Of a DNA stretch of 64,000 bases, positions 40,282 through 50,579 are shown in pieces. The stretch comes from an uncultured delta proteobacterium (GTDB lineage Bacteria; Desulfobacterota; RBG-13-43-22): assembly GCA_963790475.1 (NCBI GenBank), contig CAWBOS010000010.1, positions 1,792,001 through 1,856,000 of the forward strand. Direction: 5' to 3'. The translations under genes and the position numbers were made by a program. Numbering within the stretch: position 1 is the first letter of the stretch; every line of letters starts with the position of its first letter. The notes beneath the pieces were generated by a model. That model ran no database searches and was not told the origin of the DNA. It saw only the letters and a list, made by a program, of their open reading frames with translations.

Positions 40282-40865
40282 GATTTGTCATTCCCTCCTG
40301 ACTATAGAATTATGGTCGAGTTGTTACCTTCTTTCTTTCTAAATATTCCCACCTAACCATTTGTCATGAATAAAAAAAACCATAAATATCCTTGACAAAC
40401 CCCACTGACTTATTAATAATGAATCTCTAAGAAAATTACGAAAGGCCATTACCGTGGAAAACGTCCAGGCGGAAGATTGAAATAAGACCTTATACTTAGA
40501 TTCTGTTTTCGCGGGAATGAGAAGGAATGAATATTGCAGACAACTTATTTGAGTCTTAAAACTCAAGACTGCGACAGAAATTGGACAAAAGAGATTGTTT
40601 TTCAAAGCCTTGGGTCCTATCCCAGAAGATTTTTTGTACTAGGCCTCTCTTTTATTAATTAATTAAAGATAATTATATTTAATGACAATAAATTATTGAC
40701 AAGGCCTCTTTTTTCTTGTATATAACATTTTAAAATTTCTTAAATAAATGAGTTACTTCCTAAACTGAAAAAACTTCATCGGGAAATCAAGGATATTAAA
40801 TTTTATGGCAATTATGTCTGATATTATGTAATTTAAAACAAAAAATAGTTAGTTAAGAAGACCCC

Positions 40866-41924
40866 ATGTTGTTTTCAAGCACTGGCAAGGAAAATTATAT
40901 CGGAGTAGATATCGGCTCCCACTCCGTGAAAGTTTGTCATCTGGCCCACGGACGGAGAGAGATTTCTCTAAAAAGTTTCGGCCTGGCCAATTTACCTTCT
41001 TCAGCCATAGTCAACGGGGTTATCAAAGAACCTCAAATAATTGCCAATTCGTTACAAAATTTGTTAACCCATTTGCATATAAAAACAAAAGAAATCGTTT
41101 TTGCTATTTCCGGCTATTCGGTTATTATTAAAAAAATTGTACTGCCCTATATACCGGAAAAAGAATTGACCCAGTCCATCGAATACGAGGCCCAACAACA
41201 TATTCCCTTTGATATCAAAGAAGTCAATCTTGATTTTCAAGTTTTGAATCCACCCAAGGCCGATATGGATTCCATGTCCGTCCTTCTGGTAGCCGCCAAA
41301 AAAGAGACTTTGAACGCCTACCTGGAAATCTTCGAATTGTCGGGCTTGGAAGCCTCCATCGCCGATGTCACCGCCTTCGCCTTGGCTAATGCCTACGAAA
41401 ATAATTATCCATTAGATTCCACTCCGGTAGCCCTGGTAAATCTGGGTGCCGGTCAGATCACCCTCCATGTCCTTAACCAATACGGCCCTGTCTTTACCCG
41501 GGATATTTTTTTGGGAGGCCGGCAGCTTACTGAACAAATACAATCGCTATGGAACATTTCTTTTGATGAAGCTGAAAAAATAAAACTGGGCAGGAACCGG
41601 ACGCCGGACCAATTAGACCGAATCGGTCCTCCTTTCTTATCGATCTTTCAAACCTGGACGGAAGAAATTAAACAGGTACTGGACGTTCTAAGCGCTTCCG
41701 ATCCAGAAAATAAACCGGCGAAAATTGTCCTCTCGGGGGGTTCTTCTTTAATGCCCGGACTTCCACAATTACTTTCCAAAGGACTTCAACTCCCGGTGGA
41801 ATTATTAAATCCTTTTTCCCAAGTTGGGATTGATCCGGAAATCTTTGACCCCGCTTATTTGCAAAGCGTAGGGCCCCAAATGGCCATTGCTTTCGGCCTG
41901 GCCTTGCGTCAAAAGGGGAACTGA
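40866..41924 (+). CDS. pilM: Type IV pilus assembly protein PilM
   Basis: IGVDIGSHSVK, EAQQHIPF, LSGGSS, FGLALR. Confidence 0.95.
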   Translation: MLFSSTGKENYIGVDIGSHSVKVCHLAHGRREISLKSFGLANLPSSAIVNGVIKEPQIIANSLQNLLTHLHIKTKEIVFAISGYSVIIKKIVLPYIPEKELTQSIEYEAQQHIPFDIKEVNLDFQVLNPPKADMDSMSVLLVAAKKETLNAYLEIFELSGLEASIADVTAFALANAYENNYPLDSTPVALVNLGAGQITLHVLNQYGPVFTRDIFLGGRQLTEQIQSLWNISFDEAEKIKLGRNRTPDQLDRIGPPFLSIFQTWTEEIKQVLDVLSASDPENKPAKIVLSGGSSLMPGLPQLLSKGLQLPVELLNPFSQVGIDPEIFDPAYLQSVGPQMAIAFGLALRQKGN

Positions 41925-42490
41925 TGATCCGAATTAACCTTCTGGCCGCCCATGAGGTAGGAAAGGAAAAAAATCAGCGGTGGTTCCTTCAGGGGATATT
42001 ACTGGCTGGCTTGATTGTAATAGCAACCGTTCTTATCGGGTTTTGGATGTTGGGGAGCCAGGTCCAAAATCTTAAAAAAGAGAAGGCGGCCTTGGAAATG
42101 CAAACTCGGGAAGCCGCGGCCCTTCAAAAAGAGATCAAAGATCTCAGAGACAAGAAGGAGGTGTCCCAAAACAGGTTGGCCCTTCTTCAAAATCTGGAAA
42201 AAGAACGCCACGGTCCGGTACGCCTGATGGAGTCACTCTCGGCAATCATTCCGGTCGATCAACTCTGGCTAACCTCTCTAAAAGAAACCGGCCCGGAAAT
42301 AAGGATCGATGGAGTGTCCCTGGGTAATGATATTCTGGCTGACTTTATGAAACGGCTTGAAGCTTCATCCCTGTTCAAGCAGGTAGATCTGGTTCATTCG
42401 ACTCAGGCCGTTTATAAGGATATGAAGGTTAAAAATTTCACTCTGATCGCCTGGTTGAAATTTCCGGCGCCTTCGGAAGAAAAAAAATAA
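41924..42490 (+). CDS. pilN: Type IV pilus assembly protein PilN
   Basis: MIRINLL, TM helix, coiled coil, LWL; operon position. Confidence 0.93.
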   Translation: MIRINLLAAHEVGKEKNQRWFLQGILLAGLIVIATVLIGFWMLGSQVQNLKKEKAALEMQTREAAALQKEIKDLRDKKEVSQNRLALLQNLEKERHGPVRLMESLSAIIPVDQLWLTSLKETGPEIRIDGVSLGNDILADFMKRLEASSLFKQVDLVHSTQAVYKDMKVKNFTLIAWLKFPAPSEEKK

Positions 42491-42497
42491 AATACCT

Positions 42498-43112
42498 ATG
42501 GCCTCTTTCTCTCCCATAACCGATCGCTTAACCCAACTACCCTTCTCGCAAAAAATATTATTAGCCGTGGGGGGGTGGATTATATTGGGAGTGGTTATAG
42601 GTTACTTCTTACTCCTGCCTCGCTGGAATCAATCAAAGGCTCTCCAAGAAGATATCGCCCGGGAAAAAGTAAAATTGGATCAGATTATCAAAACCCGGGC
42701 GCAGATCGCCCAGTTTAAACAAGAGCTGGCCGAAATGGATGTCCGATATAAACAAATACTGATCATGCTACCGGAAGCCAAAGAAATTCCCCATCTGCTT
42801 AAAAATATTTCCAACCTGGGACAGCAGCAGGGTCTGGAATTCCTGCTGTTTAAACCGGAGAAGGAAATCCCCAAAGAATTCGTCGCCGAGATCCCGATTA
42901 CCCTGAATGTTAAGGGGTCCTATCATCAGATTGGTATGTTTTTTGACTATATTCGGAGGCTTCCCAGAATTGTCAATATTAAACAATTGGAATTGGGGGG
43001 GTTTGACGATAAAACAGCCCAAATTACTACTCGTTGTCAGTTGGTGACTTTCCGGGTCTTGCCTCTACCGCTCCCGTCATCAACACCGATACCGAAGGCT
43101 GTAAAGAAATGA
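42498..43112 (+). CDS. pilO: Type IV pilus assembly protein PilO
   Basis: LPEAKEIPHLL, GSYHQIGMFF..LPRIVN. Confidence 0.93.
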   Translation: MASFSPITDRLTQLPFSQKILLAVGGWIILGVVIGYFLLLPRWNQSKALQEDIAREKVKLDQIIKTRAQIAQFKQELAEMDVRYKQILIMLPEAKEIPHLLKNISNLGQQQGLEFLLFKPEKEIPKEFVAEIPITLNVKGSYHQIGMFFDYIRRLPRIVNIKQLELGGFDDKTAQITTRCQLVTFRVLPLPLPSSTPIPKAVKK

Positions 43113-43243
43113 TGGATTTGTGAAAAGTCTCCAGAGCCGTCACCCCGGCGAAGGCCGGGGTCCAGAATCAATCGAGTTTTCTTGATTCCGGCTTTCGCCG
43201 GAATGGCGAATGGGGGCTCTTTTGGACTTTTTACAATTCCCTC
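43111..43243. mobile_element. MITE-like element with internal palindromes between pilO and pilP
   Basis: Imperfect TIRs gatggatttgtgaaaagtc / gactttttacaattccctc; internal ccccggcgaaggccgggg and ttccggctttcgccggaa. Confidence 0.7.
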
Positions 43244-43258
43244 GAGAAATAATAAATC

Positions 43259-43804
43259 ATGAAAAAAATTCTGATCTTATTTATCTTCTATTTCACCCTA
43301 CCGCTGGCTTTGGCGGCCTGTGCCAAATCGGCTCAAGAGGGTCCATCAATACAAAAGATTCTCCCCACCGCTCGGAAGGTTAATTCGGCGCCTTCCTCGA
43401 CCCTGCCCCCATCCTCCGCGCTTTCCCCGGTAGAGACGTCGGCACAAACAATTCCCCCCTATAATCCGACAGGAAAACCGGACCCCTTTATGCCCACCAC
43501 GGTATCCAACGAGACCAAAAGTAAGGGGAAGAAAGTTTTGCCTTTGGAACAGTTTGAAGTCAGTGACTTTGAGCTGGTGGGGGTGGTCACCGGTTCAGGG
43601 ATAAAAAAAGCCGTAGTCCAGGACCTGACCGGAAAAGGATATTTCATTCAAGTCGGGACCCGTATCGGCAAAATGGGTGGCAAAGTCATCCGGATAACTG
43701 GTAAAGAAGTTGTTATCCACGAACCTTTTCAGGATTTTCTGGGGCGGAGAAGTTCTCGAGTCGTTACCTTAAAAATTCCCCAGGCCCAATACGGAATTCG
43801 ATGA
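43259..43804 (+). CDS. pilP: Type IV pilus lipoprotein PilP
   Basis: Lipobox LAAC, KPDPF, PLEQF, IG..GGKV. Confidence 0.92.
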   Translation: MKKILILFIFYFTLPLALAACAKSAQEGPSIQKILPTARKVNSAPSSTLPPSSALSPVETSAQTIPPYNPTGKPDPFMPTTVSNETKSKGKKVLPLEQFEVSDFELVGVVTGSGIKKAVVQDLTGKGYFIQVGTRIGKMGGKVIRITGKEVVIHEPFQDFLGRRSSRVVTLKIPQAQYGIR

Positions 43805-43870
43805 CCGGATATTCTTTGATGAATTTAATCAGCAAAACAAGCCATACTTCACCTTTATTTGAGAGCAAAT

Positions 43871-45831
43871 ATGAAAAATAACAAAAAGAGGCGCATTATC
43901 TATCTGGGGGGAGTTCTGCTTTTCTTTTTTGGCCTGGGAGAAAATCCATCTTCTCTCTGGGCGAAAGAAGGAAAGATCACTCCCAAAGCCCGATTAATCC
44001 AAATAGAGGATCAGGTGTTGCCGGATCGATTACGGGTCATACTGAAAATCAACCGCCCGGTGGTCTACCGATCTTCCACAATGACCAGTCCCCCTCGGCT
44101 GGTCGTCAATTTAAGCCCTTGTATTTTAGGCTCTCAAAAACCCATTACCGTGAAGGATTCTTCTCTGGCAGGGGTACGTTATTCCCAGTTCAATCCCAAA
44201 ACCGTTCGAATTGTTTTCGACTTCTTCCAAACCCCGGTCTATCAGATTTCCCATAAACAAGGAACGCCTTATCAAATTATCGTGGACTTTCCTAAAGCCA
44301 AACCTGAAACAATTTCACCCGTCCCCCACAAGACCGGAGATGGATTCTTACCGAAAACAACCATTGAAGAATTTAAAAAAGAAAAAAGTTTCCAAGATAA
44401 TCTATTGAAGAAAGAAAAGGTTCTTTCCAAAAAACCATTGGTCACCTTTGATTTTTATATGACCAATCTCCACAATGTGCTGCGTCTAATCGGTGAAGTC
44501 GGCGGGGTAAATATCGTGGTTGGGGATGAGGTGAAAGAAAAAAAAATGACTTTGAGTTTAAAAGAAGTCCCCTGGGACGAGGCCCTGAATACAATATTGG
44601 AGGGTAACAATCTGAGAAAACTGCAGCGTGGTGAAAAAACCTTTTTAGTCACTACCAGTGAAAACTATAAAAAAATATTGGATGATGAAAACAAGTCGAA
44701 ACTCGATGCCATCAAACTGGAACAGGAAGAATTGAAGGCCGAGGAACAACGCCGGAAAGTCGGAAAAGTTCTCTGGAGTACGAGACAATTCCAGATCAAA
44801 AATGTGGATGTGAAGTTGGTTGAGGATTTAATTCAAGGTTCCATAGAAAAAGAAAAAAAGATCACGGAGGATAGACTGCCGGGAAGCGACAAAGACAGAG
44901 CGACACTGCCGGGATCGGAAAAATTCTTGGGGGCTGATGTGCGTATCATAAGTGTCCCACACACCAACACCTTGATCGCCAAGGGAACCGAACGGGATTT
45001 GGATTATTATTGAATCACTAATAAAAACAATCGACCAACCTATTTCTCAGGTCATGATCGAGGCCCGCATCGTCGAGGCCGATGCCAATTTTACACGGGA
45101 TATGGGGATTCGATGGGGAGGGGCGAGCTTCCTTCGCTGATGCCCACGCACCTTTCGCCGGGACTATTCGAGGTGGAGACGCCTCCGGAGGCGGGCCGGC
45201 GCCAAGTAATTATGCCGTCAATTTGCCGCTAAACGCCGCTTCTTCGGCTTTTGGAGGCTTGGGGTTCGCCTTTGCCTCAACCAATTTAAACATCGATGTT
45301 CGAATCCAGGCCATGGAACAACAAGGCCGGGGGAAAACCATTTCTTCTCCCAAAATATTAACCAAAGATAATACAGAAGCCATAATTAAACAGGGAGCAG
45401 AGATTCCAGTAACAACTCAATCAGTAGTAGGTGGCGTTGTTTCGTTTACCACTGAATATAAAGATGCTGTCTTGGAACTTAAGGTTACCCCCCATATTTC
45501 TAGTAGTAAAAATATTCGAATCAATGTAAATATTTCAAAAAATGAGCCGACTTCACCAACGTAGATAAATTTGGAAATCCAACCATTAACACTAAAGGCG
45601 GCTTCAACGGAAATGATGGTCAAGGATGGCAATACGGTGGTCATTGGAGGGATTATCTTCAAAAAAGAAACGCTTATAGATAACAAGGTGCCCGGCCTGG
45701 GAGATATTCCCGTTTTGGGCTGGCTCTTTAAAACAAAGTACCGAACGACAGCAGATACCGAACTGCTTATTTTTCTCACTCCCAAAATAATTAGACCATC
45801 ACTCTCCGAGCGGTTTGGAAGTGATAGTTAA
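43871..45831 (+). CDS. pilQ: Type IV pilus secretin PilQ (several 1-bp frameshifts)
   Basis: AMIN-like domain, LKEVPWDEAL, QVMIEARIVEA (shifted frame), LELKVTPHI, VPGLGDIPVLGWLFK, ELLIFLTPKI. Confidence 0.9.
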
Positions 45832-45920
45832 AGCAGGTACATCGAAACATGGAAATCGAGTTCGGGGAAACAAAAACCGACTAATCGTATTTTTGTGTTA
45901 GTTAAAAATAGGGGAAATTT

Positions 45921-46319
45921 ATGAGTAATATTTGTAAATGCGTTTCAAGTCTGTTGGTAGTTTTGTTAATTTTCTGTGGTTCCTTAACCTGGGTCTTTGG
46001 TGCATCTCAAGAAATACGTCCGGCCTCTCAAACGTTTGGCACGATTGTTTCACCAGTAGAGGAAAGAAAACAGACCCTTTCTTCCGGGGATAAGATTTTC
46101 GTCACCTTGGATAAAACCCTTCCGGTTAAAAAAGGGGATACTCTGGAAGTTTTTCAACAAGCCCAGGTGACGATTGATGGCAAACCTGCCTTTCCTTTTG
46201 TGAGAGCCGGAAAGGTTATTATCCTGGAAATCATTAATGAGCGTTTGTTGTTATGCGTCATTGAATCAAGCAGCAAGGAAATTGCGGTCGGAGATCGTAT
46301 CTATTTTCCTGAACCTTAA
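45921..46319 (+). CDS. Exported hypothetical protein
   Basis: Signal peptide; beta-rich LSSGDKIFV...VKKGD...EIAVGDRI. Confidence 0.7.
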   Translation: MSNICKCVSSLLVVLLIFCGSLTWVFGASQEIRPASQTFGTIVSPVEERKQTLSSGDKIFVTLDKTLPVKKGDTLEVFQQAQVTIDGKPAFPFVRAGKVIILEIINERLLLCVIESSSKEIAVGDRIYFPEP

Positions 46320-46342
46320 CAAAAATAGAAATGCAGGGTCAG

Positions 46343-47462
46343 ATGAAAAAAATAATCGTTCTTTCCATGGTACTCGGTTTATTGATGTTGGGTGGGATGA
46401 TTCAAACCGGATATGCCCAAAAGGGTGAAGCCCCTCTTAACGAATTCTTCAGAATTGTTAAAAGGATTTATCCAAAATCTAAACCAATGGGTTATTTTTT
46501 CGGCTGCCGATCTTGGTTTTGATTATCAACACAGACCGGAGGTCGGGGTCCTGGTTTCAAATTTTTCCAATCCGGCCGGGGAAGAAATTGAAATAGGCAA
46601 TCAAATCGCCTTGGAATTGCGGGCGGCCTTGAACAAAGGAAAACAATTTCATGTCTATGGGAAAGATCATCCGGTAAGCCAGAGTTTGAAGGCCAGCCTT
46701 AGCTCCGATCTAAAATGGAGCACCTCTTCTCAACGAAATTTTCAGCAAAATTTGTTGAAAAAATTTAGACCGTTTCCAGTTGATTTGATTATTATTGGTC
46801 AGGTGAGCCGAGAGCCGGAAAACCGAATAAAAGTAACGGCAAGTCTGATTCCTTTTTATAAACCTATAAGTCTGGTAGAAAGCGAAACCAAAAGAACGGA
46901 TATCCGCAGCGAAGAATTCCTCAGCCCGGCCCTTCCTTCCCAAGAAATGGACAAAGGACTGTCGGTCATTCAAATGCGGACCGTACCCAAAGGGCGTGTG
47001 GTTATCGTTGCTTCAATGAAAATGGAAAAAGGAAAATATTCCGGGCGAGGGACTTTGTTGTCTCAGGGAAGAACTATCAGGAGAAGCTTTGGGGAATCCT
47101 CGGATAGGCCCTTAAAGCCCCTATCCTTAAATGATATCGCCGGTTGGCTGGACGATAAAGAATTGACCGTTATCAAAGATTGGGAGGATTTCAAGAAGAA
47201 AGAGTATCATGATATCTTAGGCGGTTTTGGTGCCGACAGCATTTGGTTTGACGACCTGATTACCGAAGGGCCCCACACGGTTTTTATCAGCCTTGCTCAA
47301 ACGCCATCAAAAAACCAATTCAAGACTTTTTCCAAACGGTTTTCCATTAAAGGCGGGACATCCAACTATCTGTTTTTTTCCGTTTATTCAGATCCAATAG
47401 GAGAACCCGAAGTTAGAATTCGGCAAATCGTGGATCCTGAAAACAAATCCACCCCGTTTTAG
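46343..47462 (+). CDS. Exported hypothetical protein, FlgO/CsgG-like N-domain (frameshift near 46495-46501)
   Basis: Signal-peptide ORF and a 349-aa ORF overlap across a T-run. Confidence 0.6.
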
Positions 47463-47500
47463 GATGATAATAAGGGCCTTGAAAGCGGGACTTGACCTCA

Positions 47501-48139
47501 TTAACCCTTTAAACACCCCTTAAGTTCTGAAAACCCTTTAATATGAAGATTAGCCGGCAAGGATGAATTCTTAAAGGCGACAAAAGGCACTCCGGCCCCT
47601 CCCGCAGTTTGGACATCAACTTCCGAATCTCCGATATACAGGCATTTCTCAGGACCTACTTGAAAAAAATCCAGGATTTTTATGACCGATTCAGGGTCCG
47701 GTTTCGGCCGAGTTACATCCAAGGAACCGATCACTAAATCAAAATAAGATTCCAAAGCAAAAGTTTTTAAGACCTGGCCGATGGTGGTGGATCGATTAGT
47801 GGAAACAGCAGTTTTGATTCTTGGTCTTATGGTTTCCAAAAAATCAATCAATCCCGGTTCCATTTCCATCAACCGGATAAAAGGATTATAGTCAAGGGCC
47901 TGAGCGTAAGTCAGGACAGCATCCCGAAGATGATTGTCTTCGAACAAATAGGCAATGGATTCCCCGGCCGTATGCATATGGACATAATTCAGATCGGATT
48001 CGCTCATAACGGGCTTGCCGAATTGTTCCAGCAAATGGTTATAAAAAGATTGATTAGCCTTCCGGGAGTCAAATAAGACCCCGTCGCAATCAAAAATGAT
48101 TACTTCCGGTCGTATCGGAAAATTTATGCGTTTATCCAT
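47501..48139 (-). CDS. HAD family hydrolase (phosphoglycolate phosphatase-like)
   Basis: FDCDGVL, STN, KPDP, YIGDSEVD. Confidence 0.92.
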   Translation of the reverse strand: MDKRINFPIRPEVIIFDCDGVLFDSRKANQSFYNHLLEQFGKPVMSESDLNYVHMHTAGESIAYLFEDNHLRDAVLTYAQALDYNPFIRLMEMEPGLIDFLETIRPRIKTAVSTNRSTTIGQVLKTFALESYFDLVIGSLDVTRPKPDPESVIKILDFFQVGPEKCLYIGDSEVDVQTAGGAGVPFVAFKNSSLPANLHIKGFSELKGCLKG

Positions 48140-48447
48140 CGTATCAAATTCACACTTTCTAAAAAAAATTTTGTCTCTTTCAGACCAAAAAGTCAATAAA
48201 AAACCATAGGCTACTACTCCCTCATCAAACCGGACAACTCATTGAAGGCATTCTGATTGAGAATCCCTTTCTTCAGTAGTAGAAATTATTTCCCTTTCAA
48301 GAGAAGACCTATGCCCCTCATTCTTTGACCATAGACATTTTCTTCAATCCCGGAGAAACAATTGAAGGTCCTTTAACAAAGGTGCGGTCCCGGAGAAGTG
48401 GGATACCAGGCCAGGAGATATCGATCTATTGCAGTTCGGTCGCGAAT

Positions 48448-49692
48448 CTAATTCAATTCTTTTTCCTGTGGAAAGACCGGCAGGTAGCGATAGGACAGAG
48501 AAATGATCAAGGCCCCATAGGCCAAGACGGCAATGGTCGGCGCCCATTCCTGCCAACTGGGCCAGTAGGTTACAAAGTGGTCAAAGGGCATCACCGGCAG
48601 GGCCAGCGAAACGACGGTGAAGATGAAGCGGTTAAAGACCACGCCGGTACAGGATAACAGACAGGCCAAGGCCAGCCAACCGGGTCTCATCCTCAATCTG
48701 GCACTCATGAGCATAATGGCCGGAACGATTCCAAAAATACCCAGTTCAGCCACCACTAGCCAAAATCCATAGGGACCTTGATATTGATCCATATAACGAA
48801 GTCCCCGGGCGGGCAGATCGACAGCTGCCCAATAAATCGTATCGGCCAGTTTCAAAATGAGATAGACGATCAGCAGACCTCCGGCGATCTTGCCCAGCAA
48901 GGCCATCACTTCGGGTTTGACTAATTTTCTTCCGGTCACCTTCTGGGTCAGGGAAGTGATCAAAACCGTAAAAGCCGGGCCGGAAGCAATGGCCGAAGCA
49001 ATGAAGAGAAAGAAAGTCCAGGGCCAGATAAAAAACCCTTCCCTGAAGGCAAAAGGCCGGCCGAACATGACCCCATACATGCCGCCCAGGGAACCTTGAT
49101 GAAAAAAGGATAAAAAGGTCCCGGTCCCGGCGAAGATAAACATCAACTGATGCAGATTATGGGCAAAAAAATGGGCACCCTGGTTGGCATTGATTTTTCG
49201 GTTTTCCAGAACCAAAGGCGCATATTCGATCATCAATACCCCCAGATAAAGGGTAATACAAAACATCACCTCAGTCAGCATGGAGTGGATATTGGGATGC
49301 CAGAACCCGTACCAGGAACGCAGCGGCTGGCCGACATCCAGGGTCAGGATCAATATGGCCCCGCTGTAGCAGATAAATCCAATGATCACCGCGAAATTGA
49401 TAATAGCCTTCAGTTCTTTTTTGCCCCAGATATAGGTCAGAAAACCGGTAAAAAAGGCCCCGGCCCCCAGGGCAATCACCGCCAGATCAAAGGTGATCCA
49501 CAGGGCAAACCCGAAATAATCGTTCATGTTGGTCTGGTTCAAACCCTTCCAGAAGATTAGAAAGGCCGCCAGCAACCCCCAACCCAAAACCAAAAGCAGG
49601 ATAAGAACCCACAGCTTAAATTTGGACAGGGAACATCGGGGTAAACCCTCAGGGATTAAATCGTTATCTTTGGAGATGATGATTTCGTTCAT
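48448..49692 (-). CDS. qrcD: Quinone reductase complex membrane subunit QrcD (NrfD family)
   Basis: DLAVIALGAGAF, DVGQPLR, FFHQGSLG; qrcABCD gene order. Confidence 0.9.
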   Translation of the reverse strand: MNEIIISKDNDLIPEGLPRCSLSKFKLWVLILLLVLGWGLLAAFLIFWKGLNQTNMNDYFGFALWITFDLAVIALGAGAFFTGFLTYIWGKKELKAIINFAVIIGFICYSGAILILTLDVGQPLRSWYGFWHPNIHSMLTEVMFCITLYLGVLMIEYAPLVLENRKINANQGAHFFAHNLHQLMFIFAGTGTFLSFFHQGSLGGMYGVMFGRPFAFREGFFIWPWTFFLFIASAIASGPAFTVLITSLTQKVTGRKLVKPEVMALLGKIAGGLLIVYLILKLADTIYWAAVDLPARGLRYMDQYQGPYGFWLVVAELGIFGIVPAIMLMSARLRMRPGWLALACLLSCTGVVFNRFIFTVVSLALPVMPFDHFVTYWPSWQEWAPTIAVLAYGALIISLSYRYLPVFPQEKELN

Positions 49693-49713
49693 GTCCTACC
49701 TCGTTTTTTAATA

Positions 49714-49795
49714 AAGGTTTCAAGGTTTCGAGGGGTCAAGGTTTCAAGTGAAAGGCGTTGAAATAAACCCCTTGAATCCTTCAACACTGGAACTC
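49714..49795. repeat. Short tandem octamer repeats with inverted counterpart
   Basis: aggtttca-aggtttcg-aggggtca-aggtttca ... ccccttgaatccttcaa. Confidence 0.55.
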
Positions 49796-49806
49796 TATCC
49801 TATATT

Positions 49807-50571
49807 CTATGAAACCTTTCTGACGACTTCGTTTTTTAAATGATTATCCCCTTGCCGGCGAATCCAATCTTGGGAAGTCAGGTAATAAACCTTGGGCCGG
49901 CTTCCTAATTTTTCAAGGAGTCGAAAGGCCCTGGGGGATTTACTGAGCCGGGAGACCTGACTCTCAGAGTCCTTCAGGTTTCCAAAGGTGATGGCCCTGG
50001 TCGGGCAGGCTTCGGCGCAGGCCGTGATGTATTCCCCTTCTTTGAGATCGCGTCGTTCTTCCATAAAGGCCTTATCTTTGGCCCGCTGATAACGATGATT
50101 GCAAAAGGTGCATTTACTGACCACCCCACGCATGGCCACTGAAACATCCGGGTTCAAATAATTTTCCAGACCTCGGGGATAAACCGGGTCCCACCAATTA
50201 AAATAGCGGGCATGGTAGGGACAGGCGGCGATACAATACCGGCATCCGATACACCGGGGGTAGATCTGACTGACGATCCCTCTTTCATCGATCTGGGTGG
50301 CAGTGACCGGGCAGACCGAGACACAGGGCGGGTGCTGGCAGTGCATACAGGGACGGGGTAAATAAGCGATCCGGGTCCCGGGAAAGGGCTTCCTATTATT
50401 CAGGCGATAAAGCCGCATCCAGGTGGTGCTCCTGAGTTTGTCGGTCTCGTCATCCCGGAAGGACAGGTTATTTTCGGCCATACAGGCCACGGCACAAGCC
50501 CCGCACCCGGTACACTTATCCAGATCAATGACCATACCATATAATTCTTTTCCGACCGATACCTCTTTCAT
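49807..50571 (-). CDS. qrcC: QrcC 4Fe-4S electron transfer subunit
   Basis: CTGCGACAVAC, CMHCQHPPCVSVCP, CIGCRYCIAACP, KCTFC..CAEACP. Confidence 0.92.
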   Translation of the reverse strand: MKEVSVGKELYGMVIDLDKCTGCGACAVACMAENNLSFRDDETDKLRSTTWMRLYRLNNRKPFPGTRIAYLPRPCMHCQHPPCVSVCPVTATQIDERGIVSQIYPRCIGCRYCIAACPYHARYFNWWDPVYPRGLENYLNPDVSVAMRGVVSKCTFCNHRYQRAKDKAFMEERRDLKEGEYITACAEACPTRAITFGNLKDSESQVSRLSKSPRAFRLLEKLGSRPKVYYLTSQDWIRRQGDNHLKNEVVRKVS

Positions 50572-50579
50572 GATGACCT

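Noticed and set aside
40282-40865. Long pilM upstream region as a c-di-GMP riboswitch
   Set aside because: No GEMM consensus found; it contains only promoter-like boxes and a degenerate palindromic repeat
45011-45013. TGA in pilQ as possible selenocysteine
   Set aside because: Homology continues in a different frame (IESLIKTIDQP), so it is a frameshift
45562-45564. In-frame TAG in pilQ as possible pyrrolysine or readthrough
   Set aside because: Explained by compensating indels; the shifted frame reads EPDFTNVDKFGNPTINTK, which is secretin-like
49714-49795. Tandem repeats as a possible CRISPR array
   Set aside because: 8-bp units with no spacers and no cas genes; no CRISPR array seen anywhere in the window
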